This document shows positions 48,044-59,258 of a stretch of DNA of 64,000 bases, piece after piece. Position 1 is the first letter of the stretch; each line of letters starts with the position of its first letter. Origin of the DNA: an uncultured Clostridium sp. (GTDB taxonomy: Bacteria > Bacillota > Clostridia > TANB77 > CAG-508); NCBI GenBank assembly GCA_948465565.1, contig CAOJXR010000002.1, positions 87,139 through 151,138 of the forward strand. Reading direction: 5' to 3'. A program made the translations under genes and the position numbers. The notes beneath the pieces were generated by a model. The model did not search any database and was not told the DNA's origin. It saw only the letters and a program-made list of their open reading frames with translations.

Positions 48044-48783
48044 TGAAATCTGATTTGAATTTTCTTTTATCTAATCTTATTGCTCATAGAGGATATCATT
48101 CATTAAATAAATCTGTTACTGAAAATTCTTTTCCTGCTTTTATGCTGGCTATTGAAAAAGGATATATTATTGAACTTGATTTACACATTCTAAAAGATGG
48201 AAATGTCGTTGTTTTTCATGATGATAATTTGAATAGAATGACCGGTGTTGACAAGAATATTAAAGATACAGTTTATTCTGATATAAAGAATTTAAGGCTT
48301 CAAAATACTAATAACTATATTCCCCTTTTTAAGGATGTATTGGATTTGATTAATGGTAGGGTTCCTATTATTGTAGAATTTAAATATGATGTTAAGGTTG
48401 GACTTTTGGAAAAAGCTGCTATGGACATTCTAAAAGATTATAATGGTGAATTTGTGGTTAAAAGTTTTTCTCCTTTGAGTGTCTTGTGGTTTAAAAAGCA
48501 TTATCCTAATGTTATTCGTGGTTTTCTTTCTTCCGGTTTTAATCAAGAAAAATGTTTTATTAAAAAACTTTTTTTGAAAAGCTCTTTTTTATTTAGGCTT
48601 ATGGATATAAATTTTCTTTCTTATGATATTAATTCTTTACCTGATAAGAAAGTAGAAGAATTTAGAAAAAGTCATGTTGTTTTGGGTTGGACTGTTAGAA
48701 ATAAAAAGGATTTTGATAAGGGAAAATTGTATTGTGATAATTTAATTTGTGAAAATTTCGAAACATTTGTTGTTGATAAATAA
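48044..48783 (+). CDS. Glycerophosphodiester phosphodiesterase
   Basis: IAHRGY..ELDLHILKDGNVVVFHDD GDPD motifs. Start at MKSDL (GGAG ribosome-binding site); the upstream extension from 47959 could be a TM anchor. Confidence 0.65.
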
Positions 48784-49523
48784 GGAAACTATTAAAATAA
48801 AAGAATTTTGTATAAAAATTATAAATATGGTGTGATTATTTTATGTCTGAATTAGAACAAATCAAGGAAAAAATTAAACCAATAGCAAAAAAATATAATC
48901 TTACATAAATAAATCCCTCCTTGATATTTTTATATTTTATCACAGAAGGATTTATTTACACAACTTTTTCTATACTCTCATAGTCTCTCCGTATTCCTAT
49001 TTTTCTAATTAGTATAATAACTGACATTTAAAATTAATTTAATGGTTTATTCCAACCTGAATTATTCTTTGCCATATCCAATGTACTGCTTTGATTTGTA
49101 AAATAACTTTTAAAAGTATTATAATTGAAACTACCATCTTCTTTTATATTCCAAAGTATAACCCAGTGTTTTCTATCAATATTATAGTTACTATTAAAGG
49201 GCTCATTTATTACAAATTCAGTTATATATCTTCCATAATTATCTTTTTCTAATACTTCAACAGATATTATTTGAGATTTACCTTTGCTTAAACTATCTCT
49301 CATAAAACTAAAACTTGTCAAATATGAATATGCACAATTAGCAACTAATCTTTCATTTGGCGCTAAAGTATCTATATCATTTATAGATACTTTACTACTT
49401 TGACTTTTATTATTATCTGTAGCATCTGATTTAAAATAAATTGTTACCCAATCGCCCTTTTTGGCTTTCTCTCCAGCTTTTATCTCCTTGTATATTTTTA
49501 CTGTTTAAATATTTATATAATTT

Positions 49524-50873
49524 TTAACCATAAAATCTATCCGTTATACAATTTGAGTTTATCTCTAATGTAAGAATATTACCATTTATTTGATGTTTAG
49601 GAGTAAAGACAAATCCATAGTACAAACCATCAAAACGATATTGGTGCAAAAACTCTATATTAATTTGAGATAAATCTATACCATTTCTTATATATAAATC
49701 TCCACCTTCATAAACAACCTTCATATCTAATATTTCAGAGATCTTATAGAAAAATGCTCCCATTCCATTTGATTTAGGAGATAGCTGTGTATCAAGCATA
49801 TTGTTATTCATCTTAAATCGTGGTGTATTAATTGAAAGGTCTTCTACAATAGTATATTCTTCTCCTTTTGTAGTTACTAATGTTTGAGAATTATCTACTA
49901 TATTTAATTTATATTTTGTAAAATAATTTGTGTCATCTAAAATATCTTCGGGATGAGATGTATATTCTGAGTTAGATGAAGTGTTAGGATTTTTATTGTT
50001 ATTACTTGAATTACCGCTAGAGTTATTATTACCACTATTATTAACATCATTACTAACCACATTATAATATATATTTATAGGCTTTTCAAAAGAAATAGTA
50101 TGGTCATCAATTTTAATTATTTTATTTTCTTCTCCTTGTTTAGGTGTAAATGTATAAGACTTATCAGCTTTAGTTTTATCATTAGTCTGCTCAATATTTA
50201 TATTATTTATAGTTAAATTTTCTTGTGTCAAAAATTCTTCTGTAATAAAGGTACTTGTTGTATTAATTTCTACTAACAAACTATTAAAGATTTGTTCTAT
50301 TCTTAATCCTTCTTCATAATATAAATTTGGCATAGTAAAACTTAATGAATCTTTAACTGACCTATTAATTTTTAAAGTAATAATAGGAATTGTAGTATCT
50401 TCACCAATATTATCATATACAAGTTCAGTTCCTTCTTTTATATCTTGTTCAACAACTTGGTTATATGGTAATTCTGGGTTATTAATAAATTCTATGCTTG
50501 TAACTTGTTGTGCATATATATCTGGTAAAAAAATATCATTTTGTGTTATATCTAATTCTTGTGCTACTATATCTCCATAAAATGTAACTGGATATTTAAT
50601 ATGATATGTTATATCTTGTATTATTTCGAAATCTTGATTTGTTTCATTAACTTTACTACCTACAAAATTGGGAACTGTAAACTTAATCATATAGGGGTGT
50701 TCTTTTCTTGATTGTTCTATTTCCAATACTTTTTGCTGTTCTTCTATTGCTTTATCTTTTTGGTCCATTTTATTTTTTATAACTATTCCAGCTATTACTG
50801 TCACTATAATTATAATAATTAGTACTATAAATAAAATAATATGTTTTTTTATAAAATCTAATATATTCTTCAT
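49524..50873 (-). CDS. Hypothetical membrane-anchored protein
   Basis: N-terminal TM and an N/S-rich linker; no known domain. Confidence 0.4.
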   Translation of the reverse strand: MKNILDFIKKHIILFIVLIIIIIVTVIAGIVIKNKMDQKDKAIEEQQKVLEIEQSRKEHPYMIKFTVPNFVGSKVNETNQDFEIIQDITYHIKYPVTFYGDIVAQELDITQNDIFLPDIYAQQVTSIEFINNPELPYNQVVEQDIKEGTELVYDNIGEDTTIPIITLKINRSVKDSLSFTMPNLYYEEGLRIEQIFNSLLVEINTTSTFITEEFLTQENLTINNINIEQTNDKTKADKSYTFTPKQGEENKIIKIDDHTISFEKPINIYYNVVSNDVNNSGNNNSSGNSSNNNKNPNTSSNSEYTSHPEDILDDTNYFTKYKLNIVDNSQTLVTTKGEEYTIVEDLSINTPRFKMNNNMLDTQLSPKSNGMGAFFYKISEILDMKVVYEGGDLYIRNGIDLSQINIEFLHQYRFDGLYYGFVFTPKHQINGNILTLEINSNCITDRFYG

Positions 50874-51225
50874 AAATTTAATCTCCTTCTAAATAATTTT
50901 ATTACTTTTTCGGCGAAATACAACATCTTTTATTATTAAAATTTGATTATTACTCTTAATTGTTGCTATAGTGAATACTATCACACAAGATAGAAGAATA
51001 ATAGTATTTTTTTAATATTGGTTTTATTATCTTCTTTGTTCATTTTCTTTCCCCTTCTTTTTATAAAAGTTCATTCATAATATATCATATAATTTGTTAC
51101 TTTTTCTTCTAAAATTTATAACATTGGTTTCAGTGACTTTTGCATAAATAAAAGAAAAGCAGTAATCTAAATAGATTACCGCTTTGCATATAAGCTTTTC
51201 GCCTCTTGCCCAAAAGGGCTTGTTT

Positions 51226-51630
51226 TTATCTCTTTGAGAATTGTGGAGCTTTTCTAGCTTTTTTAAGACCGTATTTCTTTCTTTCTTTCATACGAGGATC
51301 TCTTGTTAAGAATCCGTTTGATTTTAAAGCTGCTCTGTATTCTCCGTTTGCTTCTAATAAAGCTCTTGATATACCGTGTCTGATAGCTCCAGCTTGACCT
51401 GTGTATCCTCCACCTACTACTTTACAAACTACATCATATTTTCCTACTGTGTTTGTTACTGTTAGTGGTTGGTTTACTATAACTTTTAATATTTCTGTTC
51501 CAAAGTATTCGTCTAAAGGTTTTCCATTAACTGTGATATCACCTTTACCTTCAACTAATCTTACTCTAGCTATTGATTTTTTTCTTCTACCTGTTCCGCA
51601 GAAAACTATATTTTCAGATTTCTTAGCCAT
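51226..51630 (-). CDS. rpsI: 30S ribosomal protein S9
   Basis: [14 protein letters not shown] .. C-terminal [12 protein letters not shown]. Start at the ATG after GGGAGG. Confidence 0.9.
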   Translation of the reverse strand: MAKKSENIVFCGTGRRKKSIARVRLVEGKGDITVNGKPLDEYFGTEILKVIVNQPLTVTNTVGKYDVVCKVVGGGYTGQAGAIRHGISRALLEANGEYRAALKSNGFLTRDPRMKERKKYGLKKARKAPQFSKR

Positions 51631-51632
51631 GA

Positions 51633-52070
51633 TTATTTTACCTCCCATACTTCTGGTTTTTGTGCTATATTTTCATGTTCGCTACCAGCATATACTCTTA
51701 ATTTTTTGATCATTTGTCTTCCTAGTTTTGTATGTGGAAGCATTCCTTTTATAGCTAACATCATTGCTTTTTCTGGAGTATTGTCCATCATAACTCTTGC
51801 TGATGTTTCTTTCATTCCTCCAATATATCCTGAATGTTGTCTGTATACTTTTTGGTCTAATTTCTTTCCTGTTAAAACTGCTTCTTTACAGTTTAATACG
51901 ATTACGTGATCACCTGTATCAATTGTAGGTGTGTATGTTGGTTTGTGTTTTCCTTTTAGTAATTTTGCTGCTTCTGTTGCAACTCTACCTAAAGATTTTC
52001 CTGAAGCATCAATAACATACCATTTGCTTTCTATTTCACTTTTCTTTGCGCTATATGTTGTATTATTCAT
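51633..52070 (-). CDS. rplM: 50S ribosomal protein L13
   Basis: [16 protein letters not shown].. Confidence 0.9.
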   Translation of the reverse strand: MNNTTYSAKKSEIESKWYVIDASGKSLGRVATEAAKLLKGKHKPTYTPTIDTGDHVIVLNCKEAVLTGKKLDQKVYRQHSGYIGGMKETSARVMMDNTPEKAMMLAIKGMLPHTKLGRQMIKKLRVYAGSEHENIAQKPEVWEVK

Positions 52071-52262
52071 GGTAATAATTACCCTCCATTCAATATTTTA
52101 TTTATCATATAATCTAATTTACTGCTACCGGGGAGAAGCATTAAATCAGATTTATATTACATACAATGCGATAATATTTTAATACAGACTTTGGGATTTG
52201 TCAACATTTTGGCAATAATTTCTTTATTTTTTGAACCCAATTTTGCCATCTCAGAAATTTAA

Positions 52263-52943
52263 CTAATCAATAAAGTTTAGTTGATCTTGCGATGTCATTG
52301 AGTCTATTCCATCTATATTATAGTAGTTTTCTGGTGTTGTTCCTACTATTATTGATTCTGATAATAGTACTTTATTGCTTATAGTTTGTGATACGCTTTC
52401 AAATGGTGATAGTATGTTTATACTACAATTTATATCTAAATATATTCTGTGAATTGATTGGTTAACTCCAACTGAATAGAACTCTGTTTCTAGTGAGCTG
52501 TTTATTGTTCCAGATGGAATTACTTTTATTTTTATTTTTGGGCCTACATTTGAAAATAGGCGGCTTCCTGTAAATGCTCCAACTTTTATTTCTATGTTTG
52601 TATCTTTTATTTCTAGAAATCTGTTTTGAATTTTTGTCATTATTTCTGATTTAATTTGGTTTATTAAAACTACATTCGAACCTAGAAAAGTAACGTTTCC
52701 TTCTGTATCTTCTTCGATATGTATTAGGTCTTTATATGTATAATTTTTCATTATTTTTTCTGTTTCTCCATTTGCTATTTGTGTTACTAATACTTGTGCT
52801 TTATATATACATTTCTTAGAAAATAACGGATATATAACATTATTTAAAGTTACTACTATTAATATTATTATCAATAATATGGATATTAATATTTTGTATT
52901 TTATGCCTATTTTAAATCTTTTTCTTGAATAAATTTTATCCAT
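52263..52943 (-). CDS. yunB: Sporulation protein YunB-like
   Basis: N-terminal TM, about 225 aa, GAFTGSRLF region; position next to other sporulation genes. Confidence 0.5.
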   Translation of the reverse strand: MDKIYSRKRFKIGIKYKILISILLIIILIVVTLNNVIYPLFSKKCIYKAQVLVTQIANGETEKIMKNYTYKDLIHIEEDTEGNVTFLGSNVVLINQIKSEIMTKIQNRFLEIKDTNIEIKVGAFTGSRLFSNVGPKIKIKVIPSGTINSSLETEFYSVGVNQSIHRIYLDINCSINILSPFESVSQTISNKVLLSESIIVGTTPENYYNIDGIDSMTSQDQLNFID

Positions 52944-52944
52944 A

Positions 52945-54429
52945 TTAAATTGCCCTTGGAATATATAATTTATCACCTATGTTTATCATGTTTTCGTTTT
53001 CAATTTCATTTATGTTGGCTATTTCATTTACTGTACTTTTAAATCTTTTAGCTATTTTCCATAGTGAGTCTCCTGGTTTTACGAAATATATTGTCATACT
53101 GTATTCGTCTCCATTATTTGCTTCACCAACTTGTATATTGTTTATTAAATTTACATTTTCTTGATTTGAACTTGTGCTTAATATGTCTACATTTAGTTCA
53201 ATATCAATACTTGAGTCTGGTAATATCATGGCTCTAGAATTAGATATTTCCATTTTAATTTCACTTACTTCTTGTTCTAATGCAAGTGTAAATTTTATTG
53301 TTTCTTCTTTTTTATTTATACTTGCTTTTTCAAATGAACTATATATACATTTTACTCGTATTTCTCCTTCTATACGATTTTCAATTTTTTCTGCACGTAA
53401 AATGCTGTATTCTGTGTCGTATATTTGGTTTATATCTTCTACTACTATCTTTTGTTTTATTGTGCTTGTTTGTACAATATTTCTTTGACAACTTTCTAAA
53501 GCAACTTCTTGTCTATTGAATTCCACGTTGTTATTTAAACAATATAAATCGTTTAGTATGTTTATTTCTTGTGCCTTGTATACATCTCCTATTGCATTAA
53601 ATTCTAATTCTATATCTATTCCTGATGTAATTTCTTTTTCTTCTACTGAAATTCTCTTAAGTGAGAAATCTACATTACATTCGTCAGTGTCTTCTACATT
53701 TTCTATATCTAAGAATCCCATCATTGGTACTTCTTTTTTTGTTATATAAACACTTCCCGCTTCTGTCATGTAAAGGCAGTTTATTTGGCAATCTGCTTTT
53801 ACTAATACCTTGTTGTAGCTCATTTTCTTTTCTATATTTCTTATCTCTGGTTTTATTTTTATTATTTCAATATTTTCTTGTAGGTTTTGTATTTCTAATT
53901 TTTCTTTTAAACTTATTCTTGATTCTCCATGTCCTATAAAACTTTCTATTTGCTTTGTTTGATTTAATGTTTGTAATCCATGAACTTGATTTATTTCTCT
54001 TATAAATTCTACAGTTTCTTTATTTGAAACTTTTAATGTACAGTTTGCATCTACTTTGAAATGAATTTTTCTTTCATTGATTATTTTTACGCTTGTTTCT
54101 ATAACTTCTATTTTTTCTGTGACATAACTATTCTCGTTTATTCCTTGCATGTCTAGCATCTCACTAAAATTTTCTTCTGTTACTAATACTCTAGACTTTC
54201 CTTCACTTGTTAAATAGGCTATTCTTAATACTATTCCACCTTCTATTTTTATTTTGTTTTCCATATTTTCTTTTTTACATATATATGCATTTGCATTTTC
54301 GTCTTGTGCTTCTATAATGTCAGGCTTGCTGTCTGGTAAGATGAAGTCTTTTTCTATTGTTATAACCTTTCTTTTTGTTCCTAGGCTTTTCTTTATATCG
54401 ATTTTCTCGTTTTGAATTTGTAATTCCAT
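52945..54429 (-). CDS. SipL/SpoVID-like spore morphogenesis protein with C-terminal LysM
   Basis: C-terminal LysM (YFVKPGDSLWKIAKRFKSTVNEIANINEI..GDKLYIP) and repeated DUF3794-like segments. Start at the ATG preceded by AAGGAGG. Confidence 0.55.
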   Translation of the reverse strand: MELQIQNEKIDIKKSLGTKRKVITIEKDFILPDSKPDIIEAQDENANAYICKKENMENKIKIEGGIVLRIAYLTSEGKSRVLVTEENFSEMLDMQGINENSYVTEKIEVIETSVKIINERKIHFKVDANCTLKVSNKETVEFIREINQVHGLQTLNQTKQIESFIGHGESRISLKEKLEIQNLQENIEIIKIKPEIRNIEKKMSYNKVLVKADCQINCLYMTEAGSVYITKKEVPMMGFLDIENVEDTDECNVDFSLKRISVEEKEITSGIDIELEFNAIGDVYKAQEINILNDLYCLNNNVEFNRQEVALESCQRNIVQTSTIKQKIVVEDINQIYDTEYSILRAEKIENRIEGEIRVKCIYSSFEKASINKKEETIKFTLALEQEVSEIKMEISNSRAMILPDSSIDIELNVDILSTSSNQENVNLINNIQVGEANNGDEYSMTIYFVKPGDSLWKIAKRFKSTVNEIANINEIENENMINIGDKLYIPRAI

Positions 54430-54502
54430 TTTGGACCTCCTTTTTGTTATTACTAATATATATTTAAGGTCCAAAAAAAAATTCCTTTTTTCAAGGAATT
54501 TT

Positions 54503-54805
54503 TTATGCATATTCTTCTCTATTTTTCTTTGAAATTATTGCTGGTGGTTCTAATGCTTTAAATTGTTCACCGTCATATACCTGTACTTCTACTGATTTTG
54601 TAAATATATCAGTGTAATTATATGAACTTCTTCTTTCGTTTTCTTCAAATTTTACTCTAAAGTAAGTTGGATATACTTGTTCTATAATAGCTTCTTTTTC
54701 AAGTGGCTTGCTTCTTTTGCCAGGTGATTCTTTCACTATTATTTTTTGACCAATTTTTTCTTCCATATCCTTTTTTAGACTACTAATATCAGACTTATAA
54801 ATCAT
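54503..54805 (-). CDS. veg: Veg (biofilm formation stimulator) family protein
   Basis: IGQKIIVKESPGKRSKPLEKEAIIEQVYPTYFRV..RRSSYNYTDIFTKSVEV aligns with Veg. Confidence 0.65.
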   Translation of the reverse strand: MIYKSDISSLKKDMEEKIGQKIIVKESPGKRSKPLEKEAIIEQVYPTYFRVKFEENERRSSYNYTDIFTKSVEVQVYDGEQFKALEPPAIISKKNREEYA

Positions 54806-54995
54806 TTAATCACCTACTTCATTTTTGATATCGCCAGTATATCACCGAAGTCGTTTTTTGTCAAAAATGTTGATGATTTGGTCAATTCATGTATCTTGCT
54901 TGTGCCAAGTGTTTCGTAATTTCATTTTGTATTTTTCTCTTTTATTTTACATTTATATTACAAAATAGTTACATTTGTTGTTTTTGTCTTTTTGC

Positions 54996-55577
54996 CTAAT
55001 GACTTTTCTTGCCTTTTCCTCTACTTCCATCTATACCTTTATAGTTACTTTTTAAGTATGGTAACAAGTCATCCATTCTTACATATTTATTAGATTCTTG
55101 CTGTGCAATCTTACTTGCAATTATAAGTGGGTCTCTATATTCTACCATTATTCTTGCTGGTGATGAGGCAAAATTTGCTCCTGCTAACATTATTGCTTCA
55201 TAAAAACTTTCGCATGCACCTGCAAATATTATTAACTTTTCTTGTGAGTTTTCCCATTTTCTTGCTATCATGACTGTTTCAATAAAATATTTTGAGTTTT
55301 TATAGTTTTCTATTTTGTATAAATCTTGCCCTTTTTTAAACATTTTATCATGTCCTGTTACTATTAGTATATCTGGATTCCATTTTTCTAGTAATCCTAG
55401 TACTCTTCTTGGCTGCTCTCTTTCTGGAATATTTTCTACGACTGCTTTTAAATCTAAATTATTATAATAGTTTAATGCTCTTTTTGCATATTTTCTATCT
55501 CCATCTAAGTGTAATATTATTGCTTCACTTTTGGCTGTTTTATTATTTTTAAAGCTATTAGTTATCATGTTTATCAC
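54996..55577 (-). CDS. yabG: Sporulation-specific protease YabG
   Basis: ILHLDGDRKYAKRALNYY, IVTGHD; conserved yabG-veg neighbourhood. Confidence 0.6.
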   Translation of the reverse strand: MINMITNSFKNNKTAKSEAIILHLDGDRKYAKRALNYYNNLDLKAVVENIPEREQPRRVLGLLEKWNPDILIVTGHDKMFKKGQDLYKIENYKNSKYFIETVMIARKWENSQEKLIIFAGACESFYEAIMLAGANFASSPARIMVEYRDPLIIASKIAQQESNKYVRMDDLLPYLKSNYKGIDGSRGKGKKSH

Positions 55578-55752
55578 CTGATAATAAAGTATGATTCATA
55601 TTAGTTTACGGTGATATAATATGATAATTTAATACAACACAAGAATAAAAAAGAATAATATAACATTCCTTACTGGTCGCATTTTCTTTGAAAATACTCC
55701 CAAACTGCGCGTCATGCTATATTATTCTTTTTTATTCTTTTATTATATTATT

Positions 55753-56193
55753 TTATTCAATTGGGTCAACTATTATATGCCCTTCTCCTACTTGTAATAT
55801 TACTTTGAAACCTTTTTCTGTGTATTCAGTTTCTACAATAACTATGTTATTTGAGTTTTCTGCACTTCTTGATATTTGTTTTTTGTTTTTATCTTCTATA
55901 TTTGCTTTTATATAATTTCCATTATCTAATAGATATTGTATATATTCTTCAGTTGATTTTTCTTTTTCTGTGTCTTCAAATGTTAATTCTAATGTGTCAG
56001 ATTTACTTGAATATTTAACTAATTTTTTCTCCCCAATCGCTGCTTTTACTGATGTGATTTCTTCTCCGTTTAATTTGTATGTATCAGCATTACTATATTT
56101 TTTTAAATTATTTGCTCTAACCAAAAAATATATTCCAACTGCTATTAATAGTATTGCTACTACTGAACATATTATAATTATTTTCTTCTTCAT
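55753..56193 (-). CDS. Hypothetical membrane-anchored protein
   Basis: N-terminal TM, 146 aa. Confidence 0.4.
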   Translation of the reverse strand: MKKKIIIICSVVAILLIAVGIYFLVRANNLKKYSNADTYKLNGEEITSVKAAIGEKKLVKYSSKSDTLELTFEDTEKEKSTEEYIQYLLDNGNYIKANIEDKNKKQISRSAENSNNIVIVETEYTEKGFKVILQVGEGHIIVDPIE

Positions 56194-56260
56194 ATTTTTT
56201 CTCCTTTGTATCTTATATTTTTATTTTAGCTATAATCTGTATAAAAAGTCAATATTATAA

Positions 56261-56521
56261 TTATGATATTTTTAAATTCTCATATTTCTTCTTTGTTGCT
56301 AATCCACCCCTTATGTGTCTTTCTGCTTTGTTTTCGTCTAAAATTTCTCTTACGCTTGTGAATAAATCTAAGTTTATTTTCTCTAATCTTTGACTTAAAT
56401 CTTTGTGTACTGTACTTTTGCTTATTCCAAACTTCTTTGCTGTACCTCTAACTGTATCTTTTGAATCTATAATATAATGTGCTAATGTTACTGCACGCTC
56501 TTCGATTGATATTCCTTTCAT
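56261..56521 (-). CDS. spoIIID: Sporulation transcriptional regulator SpoIIID
   Basis: IEERAVTLAHYIIDSKDTVRGTAKKFGISKSTVHKDL..HIRGGLATKKKY. Start at the ATG after GGAGG. Confidence 0.85.
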   Translation of the reverse strand: MKGISIEERAVTLAHYIIDSKDTVRGTAKKFGISKSTVHKDLSQRLEKINLDLFTSVREILDENKAERHIRGGLATKKKYENLKIS

Positions 56522-56589
56522 AAAGAAAACCTCCACATGAATACTTTGTTTAATAGTATTCTGTGTGAGGTTGTATTAGAACGATTAAT

Positions 56590-57228
56590 TTATTTTATTG
56601 TTAATCCTAATAATTTTGACAGCTCTATTGCTTGAAAATTATTGACTGTTAGACCTTTTATATCTTCAATACTTGTTACTATTCCTTGAATTTCACAAGT
56701 TGATAAATCAATTCCATTTAATTTAGTTCTGTATAATAAGGCTTGTGTTAGATTTGATTTTTCAAAATATATGTGTTTTAATTTTGATTCTTCGAAACTA
56801 CTGTTACTCAAATCTGAATCTTCGAATATCATTTCTTCTAAACTTGTATTTGAGAAGTTTGCATACTTAAATATCGTTTCTCTACTTGAGAAATGATATA
56901 CTCTTGCTTCAATAAAATTACATCCTACAAATTTACTGTTTTTTATTTCTACTCTTATGAAACTACTTTCTGTGAATAGGCAATTTGAGAAATCACAATT
57001 GTCAAATATTACATCATGAAATGTTGCTTTTTCGAAGCTTCCAGTTATTTTGCAATTCTCAAATATGCATTTTTCAAATTCAACTTCTTCTGCATTTAAA
57101 TCAATTTCTTCTATTTTGGAAAATCTTTTGTTTTCAATTGTTATTCCTTCTTTTCTGAATTCATCAATTTCTTCTAATAAACTGCTTTCCTCTAATATAT
57201 TGTTGATTATAGGTCTATATATGTTCAT
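56590..57228 (-). CDS. Pentapeptide-repeat protein
   Basis: Tandem A(D/N)LxX repeats: CDFSNCLFTESSFIRVEIKNSKFVGCNF... Confidence 0.7.
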   Translation of the reverse strand: MNIYRPIINNILEESSLLEEIDEFRKEGITIENKRFSKIEEIDLNAEEVEFEKCIFENCKITGSFEKATFHDVIFDNCDFSNCLFTESSFIRVEIKNSKFVGCNFIEARVYHFSSRETIFKYANFSNTSLEEMIFEDSDLSNSSFEESKLKHIYFEKSNLTQALLYRTKLNGIDLSTCEIQGIVTSIEDIKGLTVNNFQAIELSKLLGLTIK

Positions 57229-57255
57229 TTTTTCTCCCCTAGCTTTTATATTTGG

Positions 57256-58155
57256 CTAATCCAGTTCCTTTTTCAGCTCTATAACTTTATTTTCTTCTAA
57301 TCCTGTCAATTTAGCAATTTTTTCTATTTCGAACCCATCTTTTAACATTTCTTTGGCTATTTTTATAGAGTTCTCTTTCTTTCCTTCTTCTTTGCCACAT
57401 TCTTTACCAGCTTTTTCTCCATTCTCATAGGCTCTTTCCATTTTTAATCTTTCTAAATCTTGTGCAAGTATTCTGTCATTTATTGCGTCCCATACATCAT
57501 CATCTGTCATTACTATATCCACTATTTTGTTTATTTCTTCTATACTTCTGTTCATCTTAAATAATTCCTCCATTTCTTCTTTATTTAAGTTTCCCGATAA
57601 GTATGCAAGCCATTGTTCTTCTTCTGTTCTTATTTCCTCAACATTCTCTATAAACTTAGGTAACTGAAATATATGAGTTGTTATATTAGGACTAAACACT
57701 TCATTATTATACTCTCTTCTCTGTTTTATTATCTCATGATAATTCCCATCTTTAAAACAATTATATCCTAATATCCATATCACTACTGTCTTTGTTCCAT
57801 TTAAATATTTGTCGCCTATTTGTAATGAATTATAATATATTCCACTTGCATATCCATCATTTCGATTTACTATATTATACTCATTCTTGTTTTGCATTTC
57901 AATATTTATTTTCTCTTTTCCATCAATTTCAGCTAATATATCAAGCCTCATTAACTTATTATCTGCATGTACTTTATCTAATGCTACATCATTTCGCACT
58001 ACTATATTTGTTATTTTCTTATGTAATATACTTTCTAAAAAAGCTTTTAAATATTCTGACCTTTCATTTGAGCCAAATACAATTTTGAAAACATCATCCC
58101 TTCTTATGTCATATTCTCCTTGTAATGGTTTGTACTTTCTTTTTGCTAGTTTCAT
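57256..58155 (-). CDS. Rpn-family recombination-promoting nuclease / putative transposase (YhgA-like)
   Basis: PD-(D/E)xK-like N-terminal domain and the family-typical C-terminal EIEKIAKLTGLEENKVIEL motif. Confidence 0.55.
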   Translation of the reverse strand: MKLAKRKYKPLQGEYDIRRDDVFKIVFGSNERSEYLKAFLESILHKKITNIVVRNDVALDKVHADNKLMRLDILAEIDGKEKINIEMQNKNEYNIVNRNDGYASGIYYNSLQIGDKYLNGTKTVVIWILGYNCFKDGNYHEIIKQRREYNNEVFSPNITTHIFQLPKFIENVEEIRTEEEQWLAYLSGNLNKEEMEELFKMNRSIEEINKIVDIVMTDDDVWDAINDRILAQDLERLKMERAYENGEKAGKECGKEEGKKENSIKIAKEMLKDGFEIEKIAKLTGLEENKVIELKKELD

Positions 58156-58481
58156 TAGAGTTCCTCCTATTTGTTTTATTCAAACAAAATGATTACTACA
58201 TTAATTTCAACATTTTTTAATTTGGAATTTTGATAAGAACTTTATCAAGAAATAAAATTTTGAAAAAATATTTTTGAAATAAAATAAATTTAATATGTCA
58301 GCAATCATCATGTAAGTTTATTTACTGTATCATGGTATGTCCATCAAATCAAGAGTATATCAATAGTTTACCAATAAATCGTATGTCATGAATCTATATA
58401 AAAAGACAAAAGTCTAATAATTTTTACTTCACTCGACTTTTGTCTTCTTTTTAATTTGTTTTTAGCATATATTACATTTAT

Positions 58482-59246
58482 CTATATTCCCATTATTGAA
58501 TATCCTGAATCTACGTATAAAATCTGTCCTGTAACAGCTCTTGACATTGAGCTTAGCATAAATGTAACAGCGTCCCCTACTTCTTCTTGTGTTACATTTT
58601 TTCTTAATGGTGCTTTTTGTTCAACAACTTCTTGAATAACACTAAAGTCTTTTATTCCTTTTGCTGACAATGTTTTTATTGGTCCTGCTGAAATTGCATT
58701 TACTCTAATTGTTTCTGGTCCTAAGTTATCTGCAAGGTATCTTACACTACACTCTAATGCGGCTTTTGCAACTCCCATTACATTATAGTTTGGTAAAACT
58801 TTTGTTGAACCATAGTAAGTAAGAGCAACTATGCTGCTATTTTCGTTTAACACATCATTTTCTTTGGCTAACCTACATGTTGCAACAAAACTGTATGCAC
58901 TTACATCGTTTGCATGGCAAAATCCTTCTTTACTTGTTTGTATAAATGGATTTCTTAAGTCTTCTGTATGAGCATTTGCTATTGAATGTAGTATTCCATC
59001 TAGTTTCCCATGATTTGCTTTTATTGTTTTGAATAAGTTATCTAATTGTTCATCATTTGATGCATCACATTCATAAGCGACTCCATTAAATTCTGATATT
59101 AATTCTTCAATTTTACTTCTGTTTTCTTCTCCTCTAAATGTAAAAATTAACTTTGCTCCATTGTTAAATGCTGACTTTGCAGCTCCATAGGCAATACTCC
59201 ATTTGTTACGGATTCCCATGATTAAGATTTGTTTGTTCTTTAGCAT
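58482..59246 (-). CDS. fabI: Enoyl-[acyl-carrier-protein] reductase FabI
   Basis: MLKNKQILIMGIRNKWSIAYGAAK.., SDR fold. Confidence 0.8.
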   Translation of the reverse strand: MLKNKQILIMGIRNKWSIAYGAAKSAFNNGAKLIFTFRGEENRSKIEELISEFNGVAYECDASNDEQLDNLFKTIKANHGKLDGILHSIANAHTEDLRNPFIQTSKEGFCHANDVSAYSFVATCRLAKENDVLNENSSIVALTYYGSTKVLPNYNVMGVAKAALECSVRYLADNLGPETIRVNAISAGPIKTLSAKGIKDFSVIQEVVEQKAPLRKNVTQEEVGDAVTFMLSSMSRAVTGQILYVDSGYSIMGI

Positions 59247-59258
59247 AATATCTCCTTT

